From Rozella allomycis CSF55 (lineage: Eukaryota): DNA of 64,000 nucleotides. The notes under the pieces were generated by a model, which was not told the origin of the DNA, ran no database searches, and was given only the letters and a program-made list of their open reading frames with translations. The stretch covers positions 1-64,000 of the forward strand of contig KE560959.1 of NCBI GenBank assembly GCA_000442015.1, read 5' to 3'. Each line of letters opens with the position of its first letter. Positions within the stretch are counted from its first letter, which is position 1. Both the position numbers and the translations under genes were made by a program. This document shows positions 23,801 to 35,660 of the stretch, one piece after another.

Positions 23801-26431
23801 AACTGTATTTCTATCAACCCGGAATTCGGTAAAGTAGGGAAAGATGAGATTGTTAATTGTGATATTGATTTCTCACCAACTGTTCATGTGAATCTCAAAA
23901 ATGTAACAGCTGTTTGTCAAATAAGCAATGGAAGGCAATACACTCTCTCATTTGAAGGTATTGGCGCTAAACCTAATCTATTAATATCTGAAGATTTCCA
24001 TGATTTCGGTCCTTGTTTCATATTCAGACCTGGCATGAAACCACTAGAACATCGATTCAAAGTTACAAACAAGGATGAAAAGGAAATCTCACTGGATGTT
24101 TCAATTTCAAATTCATCTGCTTTTGAAATAAATGCATTTGGTCCACCTTGTATAGCTCCCAACGCATCCACATTTATTACTGTATTGTTCTTTCCAAGAG
24201 AAGCAACGAAATACCAAGAATATTTAACTGTTGATATTAATGGACTGTCTAAAACTAAATTAACAGTCTCTGGTGAAGGAGTTGACATGAATTTGGATTT
24301 GGCGCATTCCGATCATAAAAGCATTGGATTCGGTGCCGTTAGAGTTGGCCACGTTGTCACTAAAACAATAAAACTAGTCAACAAGAGTATCATCCCTGTT
24401 AAATTCAATCTCGGTACTACATCTGTTATTGAAAAATTGTTGAAGAATTTTGTCACCTTTTCGCAAACACAGGATATTACTATTAGACCCAAAGGGTATT
24501 TCAATCTAGAGTTCAAGTTTATTCCAACTGTGCGGGTTCAGCCATTCTTTGAAGAAATCCATTTCGAGTGTCCAGGGTATTCAAAGCCGTTGTTTGCTGT
24601 GCATGGTGCGTGTCATGGCATTGAAGTGAAGATTGAAAACCAGAATATATCGTTTGGCGCTGTTGTATTAAACAGTTCCAATGCACGCAAAGTTCAGTTG
24701 AGAAATGTTGGCGATATTGGTGTAAAGTTTAAATGGGATGTTTCAAGGTTCTATCCACACTTTAGCATCACTCCATCGGAAGGATACATTTCATCTGGAA
24801 TGGAAGTGCCTCTAGAATTCACATTTCATCCCAAAGAATTGGACCACGATATTAGATTAGATTCCATTCCTTGTTTTATTGAAGGTGCTAATCCGCTGAC
24901 TATTAATCTATCTGGTGTTTGTATCCCGCCAACTATTCAAAGTGAAGTTTTGAAATTTAGTACAGCGGTTAGAGAATCTGATGTTAAACAGATTCCATTA
25001 ACTAACAAATATCCATTCACTTGGATGGTTAAACCGGTTATTGATAACGAGTTTTGGTCTTGTTTGGAATCATTGGAAATAGAAAGTGGCCAAACAAAGC
25101 AGCTGGAAATTGTGTACAAGCCTCTGCAAATGACAAACGATGAACACAAACATGAAGGTTCTATTTTCATTCCCCTGCCTGATGGCTCTGGAATGCTGTT
25201 TAGGTTGCTGGGTACTGCTGATAAGCCAACTGCCGTAGAATCACACACTTTGGAAATACCTTGCAAGACTCATCACGTTCAATCTCTTAAAGTTCAAAAC
25301 TGGCTGAAATCCTCACAAAGATTCAAAGTTGTCATTGAACAAGCGAAAACAGATCTATCAGTTCTACTCAAAGGCCATTCTTACATTGATATTCCGCCAT
25401 CAGCAGCCTACGATTACAAATTGAGCTATTTCGCTTACAAGGAGGGGCTATTCAACGTTAAAGTTACTTTTAGAAATGAAGATACAGGAGAATACTTGTT
25501 TCACACACTGCAATTCAAATCAACGCCGCCAGCTGTTTCTGCTGTATATGAAATGTCAACTATAGCCAGGCAACCTGTTCTGCAAGAGATTTCTATTCTC
25601 AATCCACTGCCAATAACAGTGTCGTTCAATGTTACTTGCACACATCCAGATGTAAACTGCCCCTCTCAATTCAATATCGCACCAAGGTAATCCAAGCATA
25701 TTAAGATTAATAGATCGGAAGGTATTTGCACGGTTGAATTTCTGCCACTTCAAGCAAAAGAATCGTCCACGCGCGTCACTTTATCTTCTAATGAACTGGG
25801 TGTCTACAACTACGACCTAAAGCTGATCGCCACTCCAGCTGGCCCTGAAAGAAGTATCCAATTCAAAGTATCACTAGGTGCCTCCCAAACTCAAAGCTTC
25901 AGATTCACAAGCTATGCTAAATCGAAAATTGAATATTTATGCAAAATTGATAGTCCAGACTTAACTTGTGAAAAATCTGTCATTGCTCCGCCAGGTAATC
26001 AAATGAGTTTAAGTAAATTAGCTCTTGCTTCGGGCGGCGTTGAAGTTGTTATCGATGTTGTCTACGAACCTTCAAAATTAGGTGATACCAAGTCCTTTTT
26101 ATCTGTCTCCTCGCCCCAAGGTGGTGATTATATCTGTCCACTGATTGGACACTGTATCGCTCCTAAACCACAAGGTCCGTTTACTATAAAGGCAGGCTCT
26201 TTTGCGTCCATTCCTTTTAAAAATGTTTCTGCGCAGACGGCAAATTTCATCATGACAATTGACAATGTAAATTTCACTGTAAAGAACCAGGAATCTATCG
26301 GGTCAAAAAAGATGGTGCACATCAATGTCAATTATAAAGTTGTCAATTCGAAAGCGCCAAAGACGGCTAAAATGGTTGTTAGTCAGGTGGGGTCGAATGT
26401 TCAATGGATTTACTATCTTAAAGGGATTTAA
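11896..26431 (+). CDS. HYDIN: HYDIN, axonemal central-pair protein (multi-exon, roughly 4,500 aa)
   Basis: Many ASH-like domains; SRVAPGMEICYILQFKP; adenylate-kinase-like GPPLSGKT; AEAYDISVDIHFPKG; terminal WIYYLKG. Confidence 0.95.
19572..19718 (+). other. Compound intron 1 of HYDIN: 5 abutting GT..AG units (30,30,29,29,29 nt)
   Basis: Units start at 19572, 19602, 19632, 19661, 19690; removal joins ...EVDKK|VVQFDRLLL. Confidence 0.9.
19969..20054 (+). other. Compound intron 2 of HYDIN: 3 units (28,29,29 nt)
   Basis: Units start at 19969, 19997, 20026; removal gives ERIGNPLQSDNIIVTAEAYD. Confidence 0.88.
20211..20297 (+). other. Compound intron 3 of HYDIN: 3 units (28,30,29 nt)
   Basis: Units start at 20211, 20239, 20269; removal gives LKNKGKYETGF. 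Confidence 0.9.
20985..21103 (+). other. Compound intron 4 of HYDIN: 4 units (30,29,30,30 nt)
   Basis: Units start at 20985, 21015, 21044, 21074; removal gives SEGSEYKLMGECCMPG. Confidence 0.9.
21435..21581 (+). other. Compound intron 5 of HYDIN: 5 units (30,28,31,30,28 nt)
   Basis: Units start at 21435, 21465, 21493, 21524, 21554; removal gives PSHEHRFVTLSFHP. Confidence 0.9.
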
Positions 26432-26541
26432 TAAAGTTTCAACTCATTCAATTTTCTACTAAAAATAATATTTTAATTGATTAAAATTTTATAGTTGTTC
26501 AAATATTTTATTACCACAAGACGATAGGTGAGATCGTATCA

Positions 26542-27765
26542 TCAAAATTCTTCATCCCCTTTCGGAAATGAATTAGACGTGGGGAATTCTCTAATGTCAC
26601 CTTGGTTTCTATCATAGTTTGATGAATATCTTCCTATATGCTGCACAATATTTGGAACTATCAAATACTGCGTCCATTTATTGAAATTCGCAATGTCATC
26701 CAATAGCATATCAACAGCTTTTAGTTTTATCATTCGGTTTGTATCCAGCTGATTGGAATAGTAAAATAAGTTTTCAGATATTGCCTTGAGATGTCTCTTA
26801 GGGTATACTTGTCCTACCAAAACTGACAGAGAGTTTGGGATCTTTAACAATCCGGGTGTAGTTCTCTGTGGAATTAAAGCTTGTTTAGATATTAAATACA
26901 TCAATGAATATATCACCAAAATAAAATATAGCCATATGCCAAGATAGTTATGCCATTGTTTTCTTCCGTAAATTTTCCTTATACCCAACGTAATGGCAGC
27001 CGATAAACAAACTGAAATTAATAGCATCACACCAAGATCATCCAAAGACCATCCATCAAAAATATCAGGGTAAAACAGTTTCAAAGCATACCAATTGGGA
27101 TCGCCAACATTAAGATCTTTAACGGACTCGACTATTCTTTCATAAAAATCTTTAGAGACTATCGCGTCATCTTGCAAAACCAAAAGATAATCTGAAGAAA
27201 GTTTCTCGTATGCATAGCGGGCAACAGAAGCATAATCAAAGATTTCATGTCGATACCATTTTCTATGATTGGAACCTTTCCAATCATCAAATGAACCTAT
27301 TTTAAATATCTCGTCCATCACATTGATAATGTTCCCGCGTGTTTCCAAATTATAGTCTCTGCCATTTACAATCGGCAGTATATTAAGGGCTTTGTTGTTC
27401 ACCAGATAATTATTGAAAGAGCTATTTCTGTCATTATTAAACAAAATGACATTAACTTTGGCATCTTCAGGTATTCTTGACAGCAGGTACCCCATTGTTC
27501 TGATTAAATACATTGATGTTCTTCTCTGCTTTGTTATAACTATAACGTCTAATAAAGTATTTGTATATAAAGGTCTTTTGGGTAGATCATGAAGGAATTT
27601 TAAAGAATTCTGGTATGATATTGTTTCCCGCTCTTCTATTTCAGACATTGGAGTCAAATAGAAAGCACTGTATTTACAATTGCGACCCAGATAGAAAGAT
27701 ATTGAAAACAGAAGAGAGTGAATAGTCAGTATTAAAGCATAAAAAGATTGACTTTTCCTTTTCAT
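26542..27765 (-). CDS. PGAP4/TMEM246-like GT-A glycosyltransferase
   Basis: N-terminal TM; YLLVLQDDA; LKLFYP; two internal TMs; IVPNIVQHIG; intronless 407 aa. Confidence 0.7.
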   Translation of the reverse strand: MKRKSQSFYALILTIHSLLFSISFYLGRNCKYSAFYLTPMSEIEERETISYQNSLKFLHDLPKRPLYTNTLLDVIVITKQRRTSMYLIRTMGYLLSRIPEDAKVNVILFNNDRNSSFNNYLVNNKALNILPIVNGRDYNLETRGNIINVMDEIFKIGSFDDWKGSNHRKWYRHEIFDYASVARYAYEKLSSDYLLVLQDDAIVSKDFYERIVESVKDLNVGDPNWYALKLFYPDIFDGWSLDDLGVMLLISVCLSAAITLGIRKIYGRKQWHNYLGIWLYFILVIYSLMYLISKQALIPQRTTPGLLKIPNSLSVLVGQVYPKRHLKAISENLFYYSNQLDTNRMIKLKAVDMLLDDIANFNKWTQYLIVPNIVQHIGRYSSNYDRNQGDIREFPTSNSFPKGDEEF

Positions 27766-28169
27766 AAACTGTGGCGTTTTAGATTAGACAATTGATCGTG
27801 CTATTTTGGCCATTATATTGCATGGTTTCTCCTTTGTAAACTTACTATAAAGTTAAAGAATAAAAACATGTGGTACAATACATTATTTATTCCTATTTAA
27901 TCATAGCTGGTAGTCGGTAGAGAAATGTACATATTGAGCGCATATATCTATTGAATTTGTAGAAGATATGACTTATAAAAGTAACTGAAAATAGCGGTAC
28001 TTAAAATTGATACAATATCTGTAACTAGCGCGTCAAACCTGTTTTCCATTTCTATCATTTTTTTAGGATTCAGCTCATCCGATCTTAAAATCATGATGTT
28101 GTTTGACGCACGTTATAATTATTCAATGGCTTCAGTTAATGTTGATTTGTTGATTAAAAGGCTCTTTGA

Positions 28170-28650
28170 AAACGGAAACGTGAAAAATCGGATTAGTTGT
28201 CTAGCGTAATTCAATGTGATTGCTATCATAGTTTGATGAATATTTTCCTTTGTGCTGTGTTCGTAACTAATAACTATCAAATCTGCGTCCTTTATTGAAA
28301 ATTTTAAATTCACAATGTCCTCCAACAACATATCAAGAGTCTTTTATTTATCATTCTGTTGTATCCAAATGATGGGAATACTAATGTGACATGTCTAATA
28401 CTAATAGTAAACTAATTACTAAGAGTCTAAGTTATTGGATATCGCCTTGAGATGTCGTCCTACCAAAACTGGCAGAGAGTTTGGTATCTTTATTCTTTAG
28501 TTGTCCGGGTGTAGCTCTGTGGAATAATAGCTTGTTTAGAATAAGCGCACATGATGAATTTGTTTGTTGGTAGGGATGGCGTACAAGGGGCATCCATAAA
28601 AATACAGTATTTGAGCTGATCATTACAAAAATTTTCAGGTAAAATATATA
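28170..28650 (-). pseudogene. Decayed partial duplicate of the adjacent PGAP4-like gene (3' half)
   Basis: Colinear blocks shared with 26610-27075 (ctatcatagtttgatgaatat; gccttgagatgtc; gtcctaccaaaactg.cagagagtttgg; tccgggtgtag) with indels and stops. Confidence 0.85.
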
Positions 28651-28717
28651 TTTATTGTAAACGGGAAGTTACATCCATATTTCTAATAAAGGATTCAAAA
28701 TTCTCTCACAACTTGGG

Positions 28718-30525
28718 CTACTCTAGTAACCGCCAGGAGAAATTTATCATCTTCCAAATAGCCTTTCTTGGAAGCGTGCCAAAGAGCTTAATTTCTTCTG
28801 GATCTGTTTTGGAGTCCGCTAACAAAACCTTAACAACTTCGGCATGACCGTTCTCAGAGGCACATCTAATAGCATAATTACCCCAGGCACTTGGATTAAC
28901 TCTAGAATCCTTCAGCAAAGCTTTCACAATTTCAACATGACCATACTCAGCAGCACGAACAATAGATTCATTGTACCTGGCTCCAGGATCCACTCTAGCA
29001 TCAGTTAACAGAACTTTGATGACTTCCAAATGACCGTTCCTGGATGCATGTCTAAGAGCATAACTCCTTCGTACACTCGGGTCTATTTTAGGATGTGTTA
29101 GCAAAACTTTAACAACTTCATAATGACCATTGGCAGAGGCACGCCTAATAGCATAGTTTCTTCTTACACCTGGATCTACTCTAGGGTCTCCAAGCAGAGT
29201 TTTAACAATTTCGACATGGCCAAACTCAGAAGAATGCATAATAGATTCATTGTACCAGGCCCCAGGATCCTCTCTAGCGTCTGCTAACAAAGTTTTAATG
29301 ACTTCCAAGTGACCTTCCTTGGAAGCATACCTACTAGCACAATTGACACCGAAATTTGTATCTACTCTAGGGTCCGCTAGCAAAAGCTTAAGAACTTCTG
29401 CATGACCGGCTTCAGAGGCATTACCAATAGCGTAAGTTGGATTCACTCTCGAATCTTGTAGCAAAATTTTAACAATTTCCACATGACCGTTTTCAGCGGC
29501 GCGTATAATGGAATAATCGTCTCGAGCGTCAGGCTCTACTCTAGGATCTGCCAGTAAAAGTTTAACGACTTCTGCATGGTTGTTCTCGCAAGCACGTCGA
29601 AAAGCATAATTGCATTCTTGCGTTGGATCTACTCTCGGGTCTGTTAGCAAAATCTTGACGACTCCGGCATATCCGTCCTCTGAAGCAACTTGAATGGCAA
29701 AATTTTCACCTGCGCTTGGATCTACTCTGGGATCTTCAAGCAAAATTTTAATAACTTCCGTGTGATTGTTCTGGCAAGCATCCTGAATAGCAATATTTTC
29801 CCAAACACTGGGATCTACTCTAGAATCATCCAACAACAATTTAACAACATGGGCATGGCCATTCATAGAAGAATATCGAATAGCATAATTGTCCTCTAAA
29901 GTGGGGTCGACTCTAGAATCGGCCAACAACATTCTAACAACTTCCACGTGGCCATTTTTAGAAGCATACTGAATAGCAGAATTTTCTCTTGCACTTGGAT
30001 CTACTGTAGCATGTTTCAACAAAATTTGAACAATTTCTCCATGGCCGTTTTCTGAAGCCAGCTTGATAGCTTCATTATCACATGCGCCAGGATCAACAAT
30101 TGGCAAAATAGGTTTCGTTTCATACTTTTGATTACACCTTCTAATCTGCCTATCATCGATCATGAGTGATACGTATTCTATGATTCCATACTGGCACACA
30201 AACTGAAAAGCATAGTTTGCACTTTGCGGAGAATTGGATTTTCCTACTAGAATGTTCAGAAAATTGACCAGCCTTTCACATATTTCGCTATTATGTAGGA
30301 TTTCAGTGCAAGTATCTATGCTGAACAATATGCCACATCTATGGTCGATTATTTTTTGAATAATATATGGGCATTTCCACGAGCAACAAGTTTCTGGAGA
30401 TTGATGAAGGACGGAATCCAAGCAAAGTGAACGAAGCCAGCAGATGCTCTTGAGATTTTTTTCACGTCATTTAGACTTAAATGCGACAAAATTATGTGCC
30501 AAACCTCAAACGGGAAGTGTTCCAT
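28718..30525 (-). CDS. N-terminal F-box + ~14 ankyrin repeats (apparent frameshift near 30350)
   Basis: MEHFPFEVWHIILSHLSLNDV is F-box-like (ATG 30525); 34-aa repeats DPRVDPSA..NYAIR.AS.NGH.EVVK.LL in ORF 28718-30421. Confidence 0.8.
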
Positions 30526-30621
30526 GGGTGTGTGTGGCTTACTAGTGGCTGGTGGAGCATCGGTAGCCGAGCTTTCATATTTTCTAACGATAAAAGCTTT
30601 TCTTTGAGTTTTATCATCAAG

Positions 30622-30692
30622 GCATTCGTGGTTCAATGGTAGAATTTTCGCCTTCCAAGCGAAAGACCTGGGTTCGATTCCCAGCGAATGCA
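30622..30692 (+). tRNA. tRNA-Gly(TCC)
   Basis: Acceptor GCATTCG/CGAATGC+A; anticodon arm ttcgc-CTTCCAA-gcgaa; GTTCGATTC T-loop; followed by a T6 Pol III terminator. Confidence 0.97.
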
Positions 30693-30748
30693 TTTTTTAG
30701 ATTTTTCCTAATTGAATGTCACTTTTAGTCCAGTAAAACGTGTGGCTT

Positions 30749-31717
30749 ATGAAATTACCATATAATTACCCAATTAGGTTTAAGAGTGTTTTTATTGAAT
30801 CAGAGAGAAACAAAAAATTGCAACATTTCAAGGAACTTTTAATATCTCCCTCGAAATGTCGAACCGCGAAAAGATTAATCTTGACAAACCAATTAGTACA
30901 AAAGGCTCTGCCTTATGTTCAATACCGGACCTGTATGGTTTCCACTGATTATGAAGACTCTTATGAGATTATAGATGCGGTAGAGTCCAGATACCCCGAA
31001 TGTACAATTGTTCGAGCTCCAGGCGCGATAATGGAAAAGCATTTAAGATCAAAATTGGTAGTTGAGGCAGATCTTCCGGCTGGGTATGTGAATTTGGAAT
31101 CTCGCAAGACGAATTTGAATAAGTTGCTTGTGCTTGATAACGTGCGCCAACCCGAGAACGTTGAAATGATTCTCGCAGCTTCTAGAGAATATAGATTTGA
31201 CGGGATTATAACTTTGAACTCTGCTTCATTTTTTTCACAAAGAATATTAGAGAATTCAAGGCTGGTACCATTGTCGATTCCAGTGTTTCATGCAAATGAG
31301 AGGAAAGATATATTCAAATTTTTGCGAAAGAATCCATCGCATCATGCTTTGGTTGCCACTAGTAATACTGTTGACGAGCCATTGGAGCATTGTGAAGGTG
31401 GATTGCTCTTTTCATCACCGTTGAGAAAGCTTTCAAGATTTGCACTTGTTTTGAGCAATGAGAGTAATGGAGTGAATGAAGAATGGAACGATTTTCATTT
31501 AAAGAGACTTATTAGCATCCCCATGAAGAATAATGTCGAGTCATTTGGTGTATCAGCTGCTGCTGTTGTGTTGATGGATAGGTTGTCAATGATGAAACTG
31601 CAGAACACAAAAGAAGATAATAAAACTTCTGAGATTGGTGCAAGTAAACAGAAGAGCCTTAAAGTTGAAATAACCAACGAGAAAGAAGAGATTGAAAAAA
31701 ACGATGCAATNGATTGA
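30749..31717 (+). CDS. SpoU/TrmH-family RNA methyltransferase (MRM3-like), divergent
   Basis: LLVLDNVRQPEN, ALVLSNESNGV, ISIPMKNNVES; N at 31711 obscures the end. Confidence 0.75.
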   Translation: MKLPYNYPIRFKSVFIESERNKKLQHFKELLISPSKCRTAKRLILTNQLVQKALPYVQYRTCMVSTDYEDSYEIIDAVESRYPECTIVRAPGAIMEKHLRSKLVVEADLPAGYVNLESRKTNLNKLLVLDNVRQPENVEMILAASREYRFDGIITLNSASFFSQRILENSRLVPLSIPVFHANERKDIFKFLRKNPSHHALVATSNTVDEPLEHCEGGLLFSSPLRKLSRFALVLSNESNGVNEEWNDFHLKRLISIPMKNNVESFGVSAAAVVLMDRLSMMKLQNTKEDNKTSEIGASKQKSLKVEITNEKEEIEKNDAXD

Positions 31718-31757
31718 AACAAACGATGCAATAAAAACATAATAAAAACACAATCAT

Positions 31758-34450
31758 TTATTGTTCCAATACAGCTCTTACAACATTACAAATAAGTTTT
31801 GCTTTTCTTGCCAATTGATCTTTTCCTAAACCACTTGGTTCGCGAGTTGAAGCGAAATTTTCTAAATTTTGAACGAGTCCATTTAGAACTGCGCTAACAT
31901 GATCAGCGATTTCTTCGTCGTTTGGTTGAATGAAAAATAAAGCTTCTCTTATCCAAGAGAATTTTAAATCAATGTCAGAAGTGAGATCATAAGCCAACTG
32001 TTGAATGAGAGCCACAGCTACTGGCTGGTTAAGTTTACCAGGGCCAGATTCTTTAAATGTTTCTTTTGGATTTAAGCTTGAGCATAATTGAACAACTAAC
32101 TCTAACTTTGATGCATTTAAGACCTTTATCAACAATACTTAATAGATTACTTTGACGAAAGCTTCAATGTAATTTTTATTTTCAATTAATAGAAAAACTT
32201 CCTTCATAGGATCATTTGGTGTTTCTTCATTGGAAGATCTTAAAATTAAAGGTTTAAGGGATGCTTCAACTTTCTCAGCCACTGAATCAGCGATTGAAGA
32301 AGAAAGATTCTTTTTGATGTCAAGTAACAAATCTTTGGTTTCATTTCCATTTATTCCATTTGAGATTTGTTTGATCATTTGTTGTGTAGCCCTTTCATAA
32401 GCAGGAACTAACTTTGTTTCAAAGTTTTTGCGAACTGTAGATTCAATTGAAGGAATGATCCCATTAACGATCTTTTCAGTGACATTTGGTTTAGAAAGTG
32501 TTTTCACAAGAGCATCTTGAATAACTTTTTCAAACAATGAAGAGTTTTGAAATGTTTGTTGAATAACAGAAGAAATATTCTTGTCTAGATATGAAGACAC
32601 AGATTTTTGAATGCAAGGAAGAATAGATTTTTGCATTTCACTTTTTATTAAAGGTTCCATAAAGGCAGCCATCCCAGAAGATATTGTTTGGTTTACATTC
32701 ATTATTAAACTCTCATTAAATTCGTTTGATGGGCTTTTTTCATTTTGTGATTTTATTTCAATTTGAGTTTTTATATCATTTTGTGTTTTCATTTTTGGAC
32801 TGGTAATCTTTTTATTCTTTTCATTCTCTTCAATTGAGACTTTCAACAAAGGCTTTTGAATATTCTTCTTTGGAAATTTCATCATTGCAGTTGGTGACAA
32901 CAAACCAGTTATTTCAACATTTTCTTTATCTTTTCTTGCTTCTTTTTCTACTTTGAATGGAATATTTTGAACTGAAATAGTTTGAAGACAGATAGATTGA
33001 GGATGAACGCAATAGAAAACTAAATTGTCTTCATTATTCATACTTCTTAAAGTAAACGCAAATGATAAAACTTGTTGGTTAATTGTAAATTCAGCGATAT
33101 TAGACAACACTTTTTTATCTAAATTTAATTGGATCAAATAAACAGAGCGTCTAGCTGCATTTCCAAGTGCCAACAGATTTGTTTCTTTATCAAAATAGAC
33201 TGCATTAAAAGGTGGAATTATCGTTGGTTTTAATCCATCATCTAATTTGAAATTTATTGTTTGCAAACATTTTTGACCTTCAACATCCCACAAGTGAATA
33301 ACATTATTATATTCACTCAATGCAACCAACAACGATGTTTCCTTAAAGTAGAACACACGAGTCACTGGATGATTCTGAGCTACATTTAAACTAACTTTAC
33401 ATGGCTCTTGTTCATTAGCATCAAATATTCTGACCATCCCTTCATCCGTTCCTACAATCAGCAGTTGGTTATCCTCGCTCACAACTAGATCCCTTATCGG
33501 AGCAGATATCTTTCCTAAAAACACAAATCCTTTCATCCCCATAAAGTTCTTTTCATTTAAAACTAAAATTTCTCCTTGTTTTTCGGTCTCATGGATCTTT
33601 ATTTTGTATATCTCATTTTGACTGGTCACAAAAAACAAAATACCGGGGTTTGTACGGTGCCAGCTCACTTTTCTAAATCTATTAGGCACCATTTTCGTCC
33701 CCTTCAACTCGAACACAATCTTATAATGCATGATATTCTCTTCAACATCTTTTTCAATCTGCCACACAATCATAGATCCATCAACAGAAATACTCGCCAA
33801 AAACTTTTCATTCGATGGACAAAATTCCATATCCAAAACTGATTGTGTATGTCCCTTCAATAATGTCTTTTTCCCATTCTCTTGATGGAAAACCCTAATC
33901 TTATAATCTAATCATTTTGATCCATCACTTTTACTTTTATATGGGTATGCAATAAAATTATTCGAAAGGCAAACTAATCTACCGGGATGGTAACTAAAAT
34001 CCGTTTGAATAACATTAAGTGAAGTTTCAGTAAATGTACCCGTAGCTAACATTTCTAAATTAGGTTTCTTCACATCAATTTCAAGCTTATCTCCCTTAAT
34101 ATTACTATTCAAACTCTTATTTCTGGTCTAAATAAATATTTCTAGTTACTCGTCTTTAACAAGCTTCAAGTATTCCTTGGCATAAGGAATTTCAAATCTA
34201 TTTTCAATATCCTCTTCAATAATCTCAACTTGCTCATATTCCTCGGCTTTAACTGCAGTTGTTCTATCAAAGAACATGTAATATTTTACTCTATCTTTTC
34301 AGTTGCACTTTTTAAAGTAGAAAGAAAGTTCGTAGGAGAATTCTCACTGTTTAAAGAATTCGAGCTCTTTTGTTGAATCAAACTCATAAGCGTTCGCGTG
34401 GAATCCGTCATTTCCTCGATTTTCGATTTTCCGGTTTGCTGACTTGCCAT
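31758..34450 (-). CDS. EDC4: Enhancer of mRNA decapping EDC4/Ge-1/Varicose
   Basis: WD40 LKGHTQSVLDMEF; C-terminal LNQPVAVALIQQLAYDL...KFSWIREA; multi-exon. Confidence 0.85.
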
Positions 34451-34693
34451 ATTCAAAAGCTTATCTCGCAAAAAAAATTCAAAGTTTAAATGGCATTTAC
34501 TCCATTCCTTTGCTCTTTACTCGATAGACTTCCTTCGCGATAGATATCCAGATAATCTATCGGCCATAGATTACTGGATCATATTCAAGCAATCTTTCAA
34601 GAAGATAGAAGATTTATCTATTATTTCTTAAATAAATTTTTTACTAATTTAAAAAAAAAGTCAATTTTTAAAATTGGGATAGACAATTTAGTT

Positions 34694-35607
34694 TTATTGG
34701 TTTTCTGCTAAATAGGCTTCATATTCTTCTGATTTCATAAAATCCCATAGATTTGATACACTTATTTTTAAGGATTCAACAAGCCCACCCAACAATGAAT
34801 TTCCTGCAAGTCGCAGCATCCCTCCTGGTCTGTCCAGGGGTAATTTGCTTAACTAACGATGTTAAATCGATATAATTATGTTACAGACGCAGGTAAAGTC
34901 CGGATTTTATTTCCCTGTAAGAATAATTCACGTAACGACTCGCAATCACCAATTTCTTTGGGGATATATGAAATTTTGTTGTCCCTCATGTTCAACTTGA
35001 AATATTGTAGAATCATGTTTTACAGTCACCAAATTCTTCAATTTGCTGATCTCATTTGGAATAGATTCAAATTCATTATCAGATAAATGGAGGGCCTTTA
35101 AGGAAGCTGGAAATTGGAAACTTAAATCGTTACTCAAAAGAAAAAAATTTGGTCTCAAAGTAGAAAGTTTGTTGCAACTCAAATCTAAAATAATCAGATT
35201 AGCAAAGTTGCCAAAGCCTTTTGGAAGGTCCGTTATTCTATTCATGCTAGCAATACATACTAAATTTAAGGTACTTAAAATTTAAGAACTTTAAGCTATT
35301 CATTTGTGAAATAAATTGTGACACATTTTCAATTCTATTATTAAATAGATACAGCTCTTCGATCAATTTCAACAGGCCTGCACTATCTGGAACGGCTTGT
35401 GTAATATTTACTTTAATTTTACAGTCAATTTTATTGTTAGAGAGTATCAAGCGTTTTACATGAGGAATTTGGACATCTAATCTGTGCCAATAACTTGCTT
35501 ATACTTATCACCTCCACTGGGAATTCTTTGAGTCCTTTGTTTTGCAGATTGATTGTTCTCTCTCCAGATGAATTTGCAGATGAAACTATAGAGCTTACAG
35601 AAGGCAT
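34694..35607 (-). CDS. RSU1: Ras suppressor protein 1 (LRR)
   Basis: LFNNRIE, MNRITDLPKGFG, NFF, LKALHLSDNEFE, ISYIPKEIG, LQGNK and C-terminal SVSNLWDFMKSEEYEAYL parallel RSU1. Confidence 0.8.
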
Positions 35608-35660
35608 TATTATCAATTTTTTCACAGTGTTTACGAAAAGAAGTAAATGAAATTTTCAAA

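Noticed and set aside
30540-30693. N-terminal extension MHSLGIEPRSFAW of ORF 30349-30693
   Set aside because: It is the antisense reading of the tRNA-Gly gene; the plausible start is ATG 30525.
31690-31735. Repeat gattgaaa..aaacgatgcaat at the end of the SpoU gene
   Set aside because: Flanks N at 31711.
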